Shown: positions 1 to 12,796 of the stretch, piece by piece
Numbering within the stretch: the first letter of the stretch is position 1
How the letters are laid out: every line of letters starts with the position of its first letter
DNA from: Cylindrospermopsis raciborskii Cr2010
GTDB lineage: Bacteria; Cyanobacteriota; Cyanobacteriia; Cyanobacteriales; Nostocaceae
Direction of reading: 5' to 3'
NCBI RefSeq assembly: GCF_003367075.2
Contig: NZ_CP065936.1
Location: 1,650,001 to 1,682,000, forward strand
Length of the DNA stretch: 32,000 nucleotides
The notes under the pieces: generated by a model
The model's database searches: none
Seen by the model: only the letters and a program-made list of their open reading frames with translations
What the model was told of the DNA's origin: nothing
Made by a program: the position numbers and the translations under genes

Positions 1-2
1 GA

Positions 3-1578
<1,576 letters not shown>

Positions 1579-1629
1579 GTCCGAACTCACAGATTGTGGC
1601 AGGCATTCTACCTGCTACAATTCCTACTG

Positions 1630-2580
1630 TCACATCTCTAACAGAATTTTCAAAACTCCTTTGGTCTGGGCTTTTTTAAAAGCGGCTAAACCCTCATTTA
1701 GGGGATAAGTTCCATGAACTAAATATGTTACATCTATCTGGTTTGTGGCTAATAGTTCCAGTGCTGGAGTAAATGCTCCACAACGAGAACCTACTAGGGT
1801 AATTTCATCAACTACTAGAGCAGAAGCATCCAAACTTAAATTTCCTGCGTAGGTACTTTTTAAAACCAATATACCTCTGGGACGTAAAGCTCGACGTGCA
1901 ACCGCAAATCCTTCCGCATTTCCTGTACAGTCAATGGCAATATCAAAGTATCTATCTTCTACCATATTGACTAAACCAGTTTTAATGTTTCTAGAAGAAA
2001 GATTGGCTAGTTTTTCTTGGTGTCTTCCTACAACCAACAAATCACAACCGGTTAAGGCTAAGGTCTGACCTATCAATTGTCCCAATTTGCCATCACCCAC
2101 CACTAAAACTCTCTGTTGGGGAGTGATTTTAACCTGGGCTTGAATTTGTAAAGCTGCTGCTATAGGTTCAGTAAAAGTTGCTGCATCGGTGGTGACCTGC
2201 GGGGGTACAAGATGTATATTTTTTTCTGGTAGAGACAAATATTCCGCAAATGCACCATGACGATTCACAATCCCTAACACCGTGCGATTTTCACAATGGG
2301 TGGGTTTCCCCTCCAAACAAAAACGACAATAACCACATGCAGCATTAATTTCGCCCACCACCCGTTGATTGATTAAATGGTTTGGCCCTGTTTGCACCAC
2401 TCCCACAAACTCATGTCCTAATATACCATTGTAGGGATAATATCCCCTGATTAACTCCAGATCGGTATTACAAATACCCGCACGTAAAACTTTAAGTAAA
2501 ACTTCTCCCTCTGGTGGTTCAGGAATGGGCAAGTCTGTTCTCAGTTGTAATTGATTGTTTTCTAACCAAATTCCTTTCAT
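1630..2580 (-). CDS. Zinc-dependent alcohol dehydrogenase-like (MDR superfamily) protein
   Basis: GHEFVGVV, the CGYCRFCLEGKPTHC structural zinc motif, and a VVGDGKLGQLIGQTLA Rossmann motif. Confidence 0.9.
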   Translation of the reverse strand: MKGIWLENNQLQLRTDLPIPEPPEGEVLLKVLRAGICNTDLELIRGYYPYNGILGHEFVGVVQTGPNHLINQRVVGEINAACGYCRFCLEGKPTHCENRTVLGIVNRHGAFAEYLSLPEKNIHLVPPQVTTDAATFTEPIAAALQIQAQVKITPQQRVLVVGDGKLGQLIGQTLALTGCDLLVVGRHQEKLANLSSRNIKTGLVNMVEDRYFDIAIDCTGNAEGFAVARRALRPRGILVLKSTYAGNLSLDASALVVDEITLVGSRCGAFTPALELLATNQIDVTYLVHGTYPLNEGLAAFKKAQTKGVLKILLEM

Positions 2581-2628
2581 AGCTATTTTAGAGTGTATAG
2601 GTTTTTTATATTTTTTTGGGTTTTAATA

Positions 2629-3447
2629 TTATTGACCTACTTTGGATTTAAACTCAGCCACGAAGGGACTAAAAGTAGATTCAACTTTTGTATCACTAAT
2701 GACTAATGTGGGAAAAGAGCGATCGCCATAATCTAGACCTGACAATAGGGGGAAAGGAGCATCTTTCAGAGATATCCAAGTACCACCAGCAGCCTGTAAA
2801 ATTACCCAAGCGCCAGCAATATCCCATACTTTAGGGGTGGCTTCCATACCTGCCAAAACTGCTCCGCTAGAGACAGTTAAAAAATTATAACTAGCAACCC
2901 CCAACATTCTTAACTTACAAGGAAAACCCGGTCGAATTATGCCCGTACTCCGAGAACAAAGATTAAAAAAGTGATTACTAGTGGCTTCTTCCTTGCTGGT
3001 ATGAATAGGATGATTATTTAAAAACGCCCCCACTGGCGTTTGTAACCCGGAATCTCCAGACCAAAAACCATGAAATCTTTGATTTAGGGGTGGGACAAAA
3101 ACATAACCAAAAATGGGAGTTCCTCGGTAAAGTAAACCCAGGGAAATTGACCAAATGGGAATACCCCTGGTAAAATTAGTGGTACCATCTAAAGGGTCAA
3201 TTACCCAACACCACTCTGTATGGGGGAAAACATGATCACCCTCTTCGCTTAAAATGCCATAACCAGTAAAATTGGCAGCGATCGCATCTCTAATTGCTTG
3301 GTCGGCCCACTGATCAGATTGGGTTACCAAACTACCATCAGCCTTTTGAGAAGCGTGAACCTTGCCAAAGTCGCGCATTAATTGTTTTCCCACTTCGCTG
3401 GTTATGTCTTGGGAAAAATCTAAAATTGTGTTCCAAAAATCATTCAT
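2629..3447 (-). CDS. Inositol monophosphatase family protein
   Basis: ILSEE, WVIDPLDGTTNF and KVWDIAGAWVILQAAGG motifs. Confidence 0.93.
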   Translation of the reverse strand: MNDFWNTILDFSQDITSEVGKQLMRDFGKVHASQKADGSLVTQSDQWADQAIRDAIAANFTGYGILSEEGDHVFPHTEWCWVIDPLDGTTNFTRGIPIWSISLGLLYRGTPIFGYVFVPPLNQRFHGFWSGDSGLQTPVGAFLNNHPIHTSKEEATSNHFFNLCSRSTGIIRPGFPCKLRMLGVASYNFLTVSSGAVLAGMEATPKVWDIAGAWVILQAAGGTWISLKDAPFPLLSGLDYGDRSFPTLVISDTKVESTFSPFVAEFKSKVGQ

Positions 3448-3450
3448 TGG

Positions 3451-4917
3451 TTAGTCTAATTCACTTTCCAACACGGAAGCCAAAACTTGTTTGCTATTCT
3501 GTTGAAATTCTACCACATTCACACGACGCAACAACCAAATTGCCAATAGCATTCCTATGGCTTGGAGTGCGAACACCATCCCGTAGGCCAACATGGGAGA
3601 TGTAAATACTAATTTCCCCAAATTTAACACAGTACCACCTAAAACCGTTGCCATACCTCTAGCCATAGCCTGAGATAGACCCCAAGCTCCAACAAAGGTT
3701 CCAGCGGTTTCTGCTGCTGTTAAGTCTAACATCAAATTAGTAGCACCTGTTGTAATTACACCAGAGGCTAAACCAAAAAAGAATAAACTGCCCATTAATA
3801 GTCCAGAGTTTTGACTGAACCCTGCCATAATAATCAAGCAAAAACTCATGGCAGCACCAATACAACCAGTTTTAGTAGTTTGTTTTTTGCCTAATCGAGG
3901 TATAAGTAAAAATCCAGTGGAGCCAATACCCAGAAGAGTCCCTATACCAAAGGGAATATTTAATCTGGTGGTTTCGGAAATACACATTCCAAAAACTTCT
4001 CCACCATAGGGTTCCAGAATTGAGTCCTGCATAAAAATACTTAGGGTCAATACCATTAAAAACCCAAAAAATATACCTGTTTGCCGATTGGCTGTGAGAA
4101 TTTTTAGTGCCTTACCCAAGGTAATTTGGTCTTCCCTTTCCACCATATTGCCACGTATTCCGTAGCGAGAATATTTTTTTTCTATACCTAAGGTAGCCAG
4201 TAGGGTGAGGACAAAGACCGCCCCCGGTAAAATGATAAATACTGGGTTAATAGTTGTTTGTAACTTGCTAATATCCACCAACTTATTCATCTGGGATGGA
4301 TCGTATGCTAACAAGGCAGTTCCGCAAATTTCCGGTCTTTCTAACAATCTAGAACTGATACTAGCCCCAATGACAATTCCCATCATTAACATGGACCAAA
4401 CAACGGCAATTAGTTTGGGGCGGTCATCTTCATCAGTAATATCCACTAAAAGAGCAGTAAACGGGGTAGAGCTGGCACTCAACGCTAACCCATACATACC
4501 AAATATCAAAGCTAATAGCGCTGACCAGCCATAGGTTTGTAGACTCCAACCGGTATTTTGCAAACTGGTTCCCAATTGCCACACTACTTGTAAAGCTACA
4601 AAGGAAATGCTAGTAAATAGAGCTGCTCCAATCCAAACATATCCAGACCGATGATATCCAAAAATCTTCTGACTATCAGATTTTTGACCAAACCAAATTC
4701 TAGCTGGACTGACGAATTGGTGCATTGCGATCGCTCCTGCTGCAATAAAGGGCAAAACCGTTAATTCATCAATCATGACTCGATTCAATACGCCCAATGT
4801 CAAAAGGGACATAATACCCAGACCCATCTGAAACAAGCCCAACCTCAGCATAGTCAGGAAACTTATCTTGGGGACATTAATAGGGTCTTGAGATATGCTA
4901 AGAATATGGTCTGTCAT
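3451..4917 (-). CDS. BCD family (PucC/LhaA-like) MFS transporter
   Basis: About 12 hydrophobic segments. RLGLFQMGLGIMSLLTLGVLNRVMIDEL is typical of the PucC/BCD family in cyanobacteria. Confidence 0.88.
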   Translation of the reverse strand: MTDHILSISQDPINVPKISFLTMLRLGLFQMGLGIMSLLTLGVLNRVMIDELTVLPFIAAGAIAMHQFVSPARIWFGQKSDSQKIFGYHRSGYVWIGAALFTSISFVALQVVWQLGTSLQNTGWSLQTYGWSALLALIFGMYGLALSASSTPFTALLVDITDEDDRPKLIAVVWSMLMMGIVIGASISSRLLERPEICGTALLAYDPSQMNKLVDISKLQTTINPVFIILPGAVFVLTLLATLGIEKKYSRYGIRGNMVEREDQITLGKALKILTANRQTGIFFGFLMVLTLSIFMQDSILEPYGGEVFGMCISETTRLNIPFGIGTLLGIGSTGFLLIPRLGKKQTTKTGCIGAAMSFCLIIMAGFSQNSGLLMGSLFFFGLASGVITTGATNLMLDLTAAETAGTFVGAWGLSQAMARGMATVLGGTVLNLGKLVFTSPMLAYGMVFALQAIGMLLAIWLLRRVNVVEFQQNSKQVLASVLESELD

Positions 4918-4999
4918 AATTTGTTTAAAGGTAAAGTTATTTGCAGCATAGGTGAGCCAGAACGCTTATCTGGCTCAAGCTATAACCTAGATTGTGACC

Positions 5000-6493
5000 C
5001 TAATTGCTGGGACTAACCGATGGTTCCCGACGTCTCAATTTGGGTTTGGGTGTGGGTCTGCTGTCATCACCATAGTCAGATTTAGACCAAGAACGACTAC
5101 GACCTGCTCCATTACCATCACTACTCTCACGTCGTTTATTGATTTTTGGCTTGGGTGTAGGCTCTTCCACGGGAATATCTACTCCATTTTGTAACCAAGC
5201 AGGACGGGTTTGGTCATAAGCCAATTGTAAAGCTGCCGCTGCAATAGCTTGGGCATCATATTTTTCCGTCAATTCACTAATTATAGGAAGGAAGGAGGCT
5301 AATCTTTCGCCAGCGAGAGCTTCCGAAACCTGCTCTTTCAACTTCTGAATATGTTTAGCCTCAATTTGGGCTCTGGTAGGAATTGACAATACTTGCCAGT
5401 TTTGGCGATTATGACGTTCAAAAGCCTGCTGCTTTCTTCTTTCAAAGGGTTGAACCAGTGATATTGCTATTCCTTCTTTACCAGCACGTCCCGTTCTCCC
5501 AATCCGGTGCACGTAGGTTTCTACGCTATCTGGTAGGTCGAAGTTAATCACGTGGGAAAGTAGGTCAACATCTAACCCCCGCGCAGCAATATCTGTTGCT
5601 ACTACCCATCGTACTTGACGATTGCGGAACCGGGTTAATAATCTTTCCCTAGCTTGTTGAGACAAATCTCCGTGGTATTCATCTACACTGTGACCAGCGG
5701 ACTGCAATTGATTTGTCAGCTCCGCAGCAGTACGACGAGTACGCACGAAAATCAAGGCTGTTTCCGGATCTTCCATCTCCAGAATTGGTTGTAGGGCTTT
5801 AGCCTTAGTCCAGTGTCTGGGTATTAAATAGGCTACTTGATTAATTTTAGTCGGTGTAGCTTTGGGTTGCTCCACTGTTACTGTGACGGGAGAATTGAGA
5901 AACTTATTCACCAATTGGCGAATAGAGGGGGGCATGGTAGCTGAAAAAAGCGCAGTTTGACGATCCTGGGGTGCTTGGGAGAGAATTTTGATCACATCAT
6001 CAATAAATCCCATGCTTAACATTTCGTCCGCTTCGTCTAAAACAAACCATTTCACTTGGTCAAGTTTTAAACTACCGCGTTCCAAGAGGTCAATTACCCT
6101 TCCTGGAGTCCCCACTACTACATGTACGCCCCGTTTTAATTGGATCATTTGTCGGTCAATGGATTGACCACCATAAATGGCTAATACTCGCAGCTCACTA
6201 TCACCCATAAACTGGGAAATGGCGTCATGAACTTGCATTGCTAATTCACGAGTGGGAGTTAACACTAAAGCCTGTACTGCTCTCTTGTTAGGATCTAGTC
6301 TCTCTAATATAGGCAAGGAAAAAGCCGCTGTTTTACCTGTACCAGTCTGAGACTGACCTACTACGTCCCTTCCCGCCAATAATTGGGGAATAGCTTGGGT
6401 CTGGATGTTGGTCGGTGTGGTAAACCCCATGTTTTCTAAGTGGGTCGCACGTTCTGGGGAAATGCCTAGTTCTTGAAAGGTAATACTACTCAT
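5000..6493 (-). CDS. DEAD-box ATP-dependent RNA helicase
   Basis: Q motif and AQSQTGTGKT-like motif I (GQSQTGTGKTAAF), VLDEADEML, SATMP and HRIGRTGRAG. Confidence 0.96.
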   Translation of the reverse strand: MSSITFQELGISPERATHLENMGFTTPTNIQTQAIPQLLAGRDVVGQSQTGTGKTAAFSLPILERLDPNKRAVQALVLTPTRELAMQVHDAISQFMGDSELRVLAIYGGQSIDRQMIQLKRGVHVVVGTPGRVIDLLERGSLKLDQVKWFVLDEADEMLSMGFIDDVIKILSQAPQDRQTALFSATMPPSIRQLVNKFLNSPVTVTVEQPKATPTKINQVAYLIPRHWTKAKALQPILEMEDPETALIFVRTRRTAAELTNQLQSAGHSVDEYHGDLSQQARERLLTRFRNRQVRWVVATDIAARGLDVDLLSHVINFDLPDSVETYVHRIGRTGRAGKEGIAISLVQPFERRKQQAFERHNRQNWQVLSIPTRAQIEAKHIQKLKEQVSEALAGERLASFLPIISELTEKYDAQAIAAAALQLAYDQTRPAWLQNGVDIPVEEPTPKPKINKRRESSDGNGAGRSRSWSKSDYGDDSRPTPKPKLRRREPSVSPSN

Positions 6494-6569
6494 TAATTCT
6501 CCTAAGTTTTATTCTGAGTTGTGGATCTCTATTTAGATCTGTATTTGGACTTGTATTTGCACTCGGTTG

Positions 6570-7889
6570 CTATGCCATGACTACTTCACCGTATAGATCA
6601 TAAGCATCCGCAGTGGTGATTTTCACAGGCACTATTGTTCCTAAGCTGGCTTTCCCCTGAACATACACTTGACCATCTACTTCTGGGGCAAATCTGTCGG
6701 AACGTCCTATTAAATCCCCTGTTTGGGGATTTTCTTGTTCAATTAGGACATCAACTATTTTTCCCACCTGCTGCCAATTTTTGCGCAGGGAAATGGGCTG
6801 TTGTATTTCCATAAGTTGATTCCGTCTTTCTACCATCAATTCCTGTGGTAACTGATTTGGTAGGTCATACGCTGGAGTTCCCTCTTCCGGTGAAAATGTG
6901 AAAACTCCCAAATGATCAAATTGATGTCGCTCGGTAAACTCCAACAAATGATCAAAATGCTCTTGTGTCTCCCCAGGAAACCCAACTATAAATGTTGTCC
7001 TCAACACTGCTTTCGGTAGTGCGGTTTTTATCCGCTCAATAATTCCATCATTGACTCTACCTTGCCAGGGACGATTCATGGCGCGCAGTATTTCAGGATG
7101 GGAATGTTGCAAGGGCAAATCTAAGTAGGGAAGGAAATTCGCCGTTTCTTGAATTGCCTTAATCACATCCGGTGTTATTCCTGTGGGATAGGCGTAGTGC
7201 ATTCTTACCCAGGGAATGTCTACTTCCCCCAAGGCGCGAATTAACTCGGCCAATTTAGGTTGACCATAAATGTCTAACCCGTAGTTGGTCGTAATCTGGG
7301 AAATCAAAATTAGCTCCTTGACCCCCTGCGCTGCTAGTTGCTTGGCTTCCCCTACTATTGATTCAATGCTGCGCGATCGCTGCTTGCCCCTCAAATAGGG
7401 AATAATACAAAATGCACAACCATAGTCACAGCCTTCAGCAACTCTAAGATAAGCTACTCCTTCTGTGGTCGTTCTATAACGGGGCGTGTTTTCGTCCGCT
7501 ATATATATGGGATCAACACTAACTTGTTTGACTCGTTCTCCTTTCTCCACCCGTTCAAGCACATTTACTATCTTGTGGTAGTCCCCAGTCCCTACTACCG
7601 CTACCGCTTCTGGTAACTCCTCTAATAGTTGTTCTTGAAAGTGCTGGGCCATACAACCAGCAATTACTATCTTTTTGTTGGCCTCCGCTAACTCCACTAG
7701 GGTTCTCACCGATTCTTCCCTGGCAGCTTCAATGAAACTACAGGTATTTACTATCACATAGTCTGCTAGATCCTCGTTCGTATCCACACCGTATCCCGCT
7801 TCTACCAGCAGTCCTAGTATGTGTTCTGTGTCTATTCGGTTTTTCTCGCAGCCCAGGTGTGAAATGGCAATTGTTGGCTTATCACCCAT
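6570..7889 (-). CDS. rimO: Ribosomal protein S12 methylthiotransferase RimO
   Basis: N-terminal [13 protein letters not shown], radical-SAM [20 protein letters not shown], and a TRAM-like C-terminus. Confidence 0.96.
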   Translation of the reverse strand: MGDKPTIAISHLGCEKNRIDTEHILGLLVEAGYGVDTNEDLADYVIVNTCSFIEAAREESVRTLVELAEANKKIVIAGCMAQHFQEQLLEELPEAVAVVGTGDYHKIVNVLERVEKGERVKQVSVDPIYIADENTPRYRTTTEGVAYLRVAEGCDYGCAFCIIPYLRGKQRSRSIESIVGEAKQLAAQGVKELILISQITTNYGLDIYGQPKLAELIRALGEVDIPWVRMHYAYPTGITPDVIKAIQETANFLPYLDLPLQHSHPEILRAMNRPWQGRVNDGIIERIKTALPKAVLRTTFIVGFPGETQEHFDHLLEFTERHQFDHLGVFTFSPEEGTPAYDLPNQLPQELMVERRNQLMEIQQPISLRKNWQQVGKIVDVLIEQENPQTGDLIGRSDRFAPEVDGQVYVQGKASLGTIVPVKITTADAYDLYGEVVMA

Positions 7890-8561
7890 ATCTTGAATAT
7901 ATCTTCACTTTTTTCGTTAACACAAGTTCATGGACACCTTCCTTGCACCTTAAATCCGCATTGAACACTCTCTTTTGATATCTATCTCTAGATCTCTAGT
8001 TCATGCTCGTCACGGTCTGACCCCATTCATACTTGATGATTGAGGTTATGTTATGATGTTTTTGTTATTTTGTTTCCTCGGGTAAATTCTGGTGTCTTTG
8101 GGTAGTTAGGACACTCTTCATATTTTTTAACGATTCGCTTAATGGTATTTTACAAAACCCTAGCGTGCGCGTTGTTAATTTACCCGTCGGGAAGCCGCCC
8201 CAAGGGCTGTTTTTGAGAAGTTGCTACCCTCCGGGAAATCGCCAAGGCGACTAAACCCATCAAGCAGTTCCACGACCTAGTTCTTAGAACTGTGCTGTAT
8301 ATTACATACGGCCAGGTACTGAAAAATCAGGACATTTGTCTTGCATTTTTTGAGTGGCAAGCTCCTCTTGTAGCCAAGTTTTATCTTAACATATCTTATG
8401 AAAGGTTTAACAGCAATTTACATCTTGAGCATGAGGAGATTTTTTAATTTCTGAATAACACGCTAAAACGCATCAAGACAATGACCAGTTAAATCTGGTG
8501 GAGAACTCCCCCTAAACTTCCCCATCCCTGGATTGAAGAATGCTCTAGTGAAATTAAAAAC

Positions 8562-9374
8562 GTGAACTTATATAAACTATTCAAAACTCGTAAACCTATT
8601 ATTGGTGTGGTTCATTTGTTACCTTTACCCACATCAGCCCGCTGGGGAGGTAGTCTGAAAGCAGTAATTGACCGCGCGGAACAGGAAGCTACCGCCTTGG
8701 CCAGTGGTGGTGTGGATGCTTTAATTGTAGAAAATTTTTTCGACGCCCCCTTTACTAAAAATCACGTTGATCCTGCTGTGGTTAGTGCTATGACCCTAGC
8801 AGTGCAGAGAATTCAAAATCTGGTCACTTTGCCTCTGGGTTTAAATGTTTTAAGAAACGATGCGGAAAGTGCTATGGCGATAGCCAGTTGTGTAAAGGCT
8901 GAATTTATTCGTGTTAATGTTTTGACCGGTGTTATGGATACGGATCAAGGATTGATAGAAGGCAGGGCACACCAGTTACTCCGTTATCGTCGAGAATTAG
9001 GTTCCGATGTGAAAATTCTGGCTGATGTATTAGTTAAACATGCTCGTCCCCTGGGTCATCCTCATCTGAGTGTGGCTATTAAAGACACTATAGAACGGGG
9101 TTTGGCTGATGGGGTGATTTTATCGGGTTTGGAAACTGGTAGTCCTCCCAGCTTGGAAGATTTAAAATTGGCTAGCAGGGTTGCTGCTACTACTCCAGTA
9201 TTTATCGGTAGCGGTGCCAGTTGGGAAAATATTGGTACTCTTATGCCAGTAGTTGATGGAGTCATTGTTTCCAGCTCTCTCAAACGTCATGGTCAAATCT
9301 CTCAACCCATTGATCCTACCCGTGTGAGTCAATTTGTAGAAGCTGCTCATAGAAGCATTACTACAAAAATTTAA
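8562..9374 (+). CDS. btpA: Photosystem I biogenesis protein BtpA
   Basis: BtpA family protein: GVVHLLPLPTSARWGG, DALIVENFFDAPF, GLPLGLNVLRND-like core, GVILSG..TG. GTG start. Confidence 0.9.
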   Translation: MNLYKLFKTRKPIIGVVHLLPLPTSARWGGSLKAVIDRAEQEATALASGGVDALIVENFFDAPFTKNHVDPAVVSAMTLAVQRIQNLVTLPLGLNVLRNDAESAMAIASCVKAEFIRVNVLTGVMDTDQGLIEGRAHQLLRYRRELGSDVKILADVLVKHARPLGHPHLSVAIKDTIERGLADGVILSGLETGSPPSLEDLKLASRVAATTPVFIGSGASWENIGTLMPVVDGVIVSSSLKRHGQISQPIDPTRVSQFVEAAHRSITTKI

Positions 9375-9415
9375 TTGCTCAATAATACTGCTAATAACTA
9401 AACTGATAAACAATT

Positions 9416-10414
9416 ATGATTCGTCGTCGTTCTACTCCCTGGATTCATTATTGGTCTCGTCCCCTCCTCGGGGCGATCGCCACTCTTGGTATTCTTAACA
9501 CGGGTTATCTTACTTACGAAAAGTTAACAGGTGGTACGCCTGTATGCAATGTTGGGGAGCAGGGTTGTATGGATGTTCTCTCCAGCTACTGGGGAACTGT
9601 GTTTGGTCAACCTTTGGCTCTGTTTGGCTTGTTATCATACATGGTCATGTTTATACTAGCTCTATCTCCTATTTTGCTAATATCAAAGGATAGCAAGAAA
9701 AGTAATCAAAGCAAGAATATACAACAAATAGAGAATTTAAGTTGGTGGCTACTATTGATCGGAGCGATCGCCATGACTGTGTTCAGTGGCTATTTAATGT
9801 ATGTTCTAGCATTTCAACTGCAAGCTGTATGTTGGTACTGTATTGCATCAGCAATTTTTGCTTTGAGTATGCTGATTTTGACCATTTTAGGAAGAGAATG
9901 GGAGGATATAGGTCAAGTTCTATTTATTGGGTTGATAGTTGTTGTGGTCACACTAATTACCACTTTAGGTATTTACTCCAAACCCCCCGTTGATATCACC
10001 ACTGATACTACCACCTCCGGTCAACAACGTATTACTTTTTCACCCAGGGAAGAACCCAATCCTAATTTTGGTTGGGAAATAACCACCACTTCGGGAGAAT
10101 CGGAAATTGCCCTAGCCCAGCACTTAGTAAAAATTGGTGCTAAAGAGTACGTTGCCTATTGGTGTCCCCATTGTCATGAACAGAAGCTACTCTTTGGTAA
10201 AGAAGCCTATCAAATCATCAATAATAATAATATTACAGTAGAATGTGCTGCAGACAGTCCTAAAGGCAAACCAGCGCTGTGTCAAGCGGCAAAGATTCAG
10301 GGCTTCCCCTCTTGGATAATTAACGGTAAAATCTATGGTGGAGTGCAAAATTTGAGTGATTTAGCTAGACTTAGCGGTTATATGGGTCCACAAAATTTCA
10401 AATACTTTCGGTGA
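9416..10414 (+). CDS. Vitamin K epoxide reductase family protein with C-terminal thioredoxin-like domain
   Basis: N-terminal CNVGEQGCMDVLSS and CWYCIASA (VKOR CXXC) in a multi-TM domain, followed by a Trx-like YWCPHCHEQK and GFPSWIINGK. Confidence 0.92.
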   Translation: MIRRRSTPWIHYWSRPLLGAIATLGILNTGYLTYEKLTGGTPVCNVGEQGCMDVLSSYWGTVFGQPLALFGLLSYMVMFILALSPILLISKDSKKSNQSKNIQQIENLSWWLLLIGAIAMTVFSGYLMYVLAFQLQAVCWYCIASAIFALSMLILTILGREWEDIGQVLFIGLIVVVVTLITTLGIYSKPPVDITTDTTTSGQQRITFSPREEPNPNFGWEITTTSGESEIALAQHLVKIGAKEYVAYWCPHCHEQKLLFGKEAYQIINNNNITVECAADSPKGKPALCQAAKIQGFPSWIINGKIYGGVQNLSDLARLSGYMGPQNFKYFR

Positions 10415-10468
10415 TTTCACAACTGATTACCCACTCCCTCCCATTGATTCCATACTAGGAGTTTTAGC

Positions 10469-12190
10469 CTAAATTCCCTCAGATTTCCACCAACGATCAT
10501 CTTGGATCATTGTGTGCACTTGCCATTCATTAACCGCTTCTGGATAGTCTGAACGATAATGCCCACCTCGACTTTCTTTCCTAAAAGCAGCACTTTTAAG
10601 AATTAAATAAGCTACATCTAATAAATTTTGGGTTTCTGCCCATAGACGTAATAACTGGTTGATATCGGAATAATTAAATTTAGCCGCTGTTCCACCAGGT
10701 AAGGTTTTTAAAAACTGACTCAAAGGTAAACTGGCAAATTCCCCTTGCCAAAATACAACCTGGGCGATCGCCCGGTCTAGACTTACTTGTTCTCGACAAA
10801 TACCCGCACTTTGCCAAACTAGTCGGGGCAAATTTTCTCTCATACTTTCTAATACTGATTTTTGGCTTTCCCACTCGGTTAAATTACATTCCCAGGAACT
10901 GGGATGTAAATTGGATGGTACTACCGATGGCAATTTCAAATCAGCCATCTGTGCCCCAAACACTATACATTCTAGTAGGGAATTACTGGCCAGACGATTG
11001 GCACCATGAACACCAGTACTAGCAGTTTCCCCCACAGCATATAAACCGGGAATGGAAGTGCAATTTTCTAAATTCGTGAGAATACCACCCATCCAATAAT
11101 GAGCTGCGGGAGATACGGGAATAGGTTGATTAAATACATCTATGGACCAATACTGACAAACTTTAATAATATTAGGAAACCTTTGGCGGATTCTATCCGA
11201 ACCTATGGGACGCATATCTAACCAAACATGGGCAGTGGCTAAATCCTTGGTGGTACGTTGTAGATGACTAAAGATAGCTCTGCTGACCACATCTCTGGGT
11301 GCTAGTTCACCTGCGGGATGATAATCAAACGCAAAACGTCGTCCCTGATCATCAATTAAGTGGGCTCCCTCTCCCCTTACAGCTTCACTAATTAAAAACC
11401 TTCCTGGTTTTATTAAAGCGGTAGGATGAAATTGCACAAATTCTGGATCGCGAATAATCGCACCCGAGCGCCAAGCTATGGCCACCCCATCACCTGTGCT
11501 CACTGCTGGATTAGTAGTTTGAGCAAATACTTGACCTCCACCACCTGTGGCTAAAACTACTGCACCCGCTCTTAACCAAGTTACTTCTCCTTCATAAAAC
11601 AGACTAATTCCCTGACAGTGTCCAGTTTTTGCATCTAACCAGATAGAAAGGGCTAAAGCCTGTTGAATTACTTGAATATTTGGACGACATAATACTTGAT
11701 TTGCTAGGGTGGTAGTTACTTCCCTACCTGTAGTATCTGCTGCATGGAGCACTCGATGACGAGAATGAGCAGCTTCTAAGGTTAAGGCTAGGGTTGTACC
11801 ATGACGATCAAAGGCCACACCTAAATTTAATAAAGCCTGAATGCAATCGGGAGCTTTATGAGCTAAGAATTCTACCGATTTAATATCACATAAACCTGCA
11901 CCAGCTTTTAAGGTGTCCTCAATATGGAGTTTTGGTGAATCCTCTGGGGATATGGCAGCAGCAATACCACCCTGAGCCCAATCACTAGCAGATAGGGTAA
12001 GGTTTTCTTTAGTAATTAAGCCAACTCGTAAAGATGCAGGTAAACATAAAGCTGTATATAGTCCAGCAGCACCAGCACCTACCACTAGTACATCAAATGT
12101 CTGATTGATATCTATTTCAGTCAAGGTTAAGGTATATGGGTATAAACAAGGAATCAGAAAACGGGAGATTAGGGGGAGAAAATTTTTCAC
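10469..12190 (-). CDS. nadB: L-aspartate oxidase
   Basis: FAD-binding DVLVVGAGAAGLYTAL, SDWAQGGIAAA, HRVLHAADTTG, GEGAHL and HGANRLASNSLLE. The true start may lie downstream of the track start, near DINQTFDVLVVG. Confidence 0.95.
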   Translation of the reverse strand: MKNFLPLISRFLIPCLYPYTLTLTEIDINQTFDVLVVGAGAAGLYTALCLPASLRVGLITKENLTLSASDWAQGGIAAAISPEDSPKLHIEDTLKAGAGLCDIKSVEFLAHKAPDCIQALLNLGVAFDRHGTTLALTLEAAHSRHRVLHAADTTGREVTTTLANQVLCRPNIQVIQQALALSIWLDAKTGHCQGISLFYEGEVTWLRAGAVVLATGGGGQVFAQTTNPAVSTGDGVAIAWRSGAIIRDPEFVQFHPTALIKPGRFLISEAVRGEGAHLIDDQGRRFAFDYHPAGELAPRDVVSRAIFSHLQRTTKDLATAHVWLDMRPIGSDRIRQRFPNIIKVCQYWSIDVFNQPIPVSPAAHYWMGGILTNLENCTSIPGLYAVGETASTGVHGANRLASNSLLECIVFGAQMADLKLPSVVPSNLHPSSWECNLTEWESQKSVLESMRENLPRLVWQSAGICREQVSLDRAIAQVVFWQGEFASLPLSQFLKTLPGGTAAKFNYSDINQLLRLWAETQNLLDVAYLILKSAAFRKESRGGHYRSDYPEAVNEWQVHTMIQDDRWWKSEGI

Positions 12191-12216
12191 CCCTCCTCAC
12201 CCATTAGGTATTTGTC

Positions 12217-12669
12217 TTATCTGTAAATACCGTTGTTAATACGATCATCGCCTTCGTTGAATTCAGCATCGTATTTTGTTACGGTAAATTGACTTAAATT
12301 ATTTTGTAGAAGTTGTTTCTGGCGATCGCTCAAACCTTTAATTTCCAACACGTCTTCTACCTTAACATAAGGAGCATTAGCAATGATTTTTTTAGCCAGA
12401 ACCGGATAAAACCCTCTGATCCCCTGAAATCGGGCAATGTTGGTATTATTCAGGTCTATTTTTTTACCAAAATCCGTTGCTAGTTTCTGATCAGCTTTAT
12501 TTTGCCGAGCAATTGCCAAAATTGGCGTTTGGGGTAGGTTAACACGGCTAAAATCCCAAGCTTGAGCTGTTTGGGTTGTTCCTAACCATCCCCAGCATCC
12601 GAGTAACAAACTAAAAACTGTTAATAAACGCACTAATCCTTTCACAATTTTCTTTCCTCTTTCCATCAA
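12217..12669 (-). CDS. psbU: Photosystem II 12 kDa extrinsic protein PsbU
   Basis: Signal peptide, then FRGFYPVLAKKIIANAPYVKVEDVLEIKGLSDRQKQLLQ and a terminal NDGDRINNGIYR-like tail (GDDRINNGIYR). Confidence 0.95.
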   Translation of the reverse strand: MMERGKKIVKGLVRLLTVFSLLLGCWGWLGTTQTAQAWDFSRVNLPQTPILAIARQNKADQKLATDFGKKIDLNNTNIARFQGIRGFYPVLAKKIIANAPYVKVEDVLEIKGLSDRQKQLLQNNLSQFTVTKYDAEFNEGDDRINNGIYR

Positions 12670-12796
12670 ACAAAAATCAACTCTTTTAACTACGGGTAGT
12701 CCGCTCTCATTCCACTGAGGGAATGTTTGTAGGAGTCAAAAACTACTATACAACTTCTGATTGACACTCTATGACTTAGCTGCTCTCCCATGGTTA

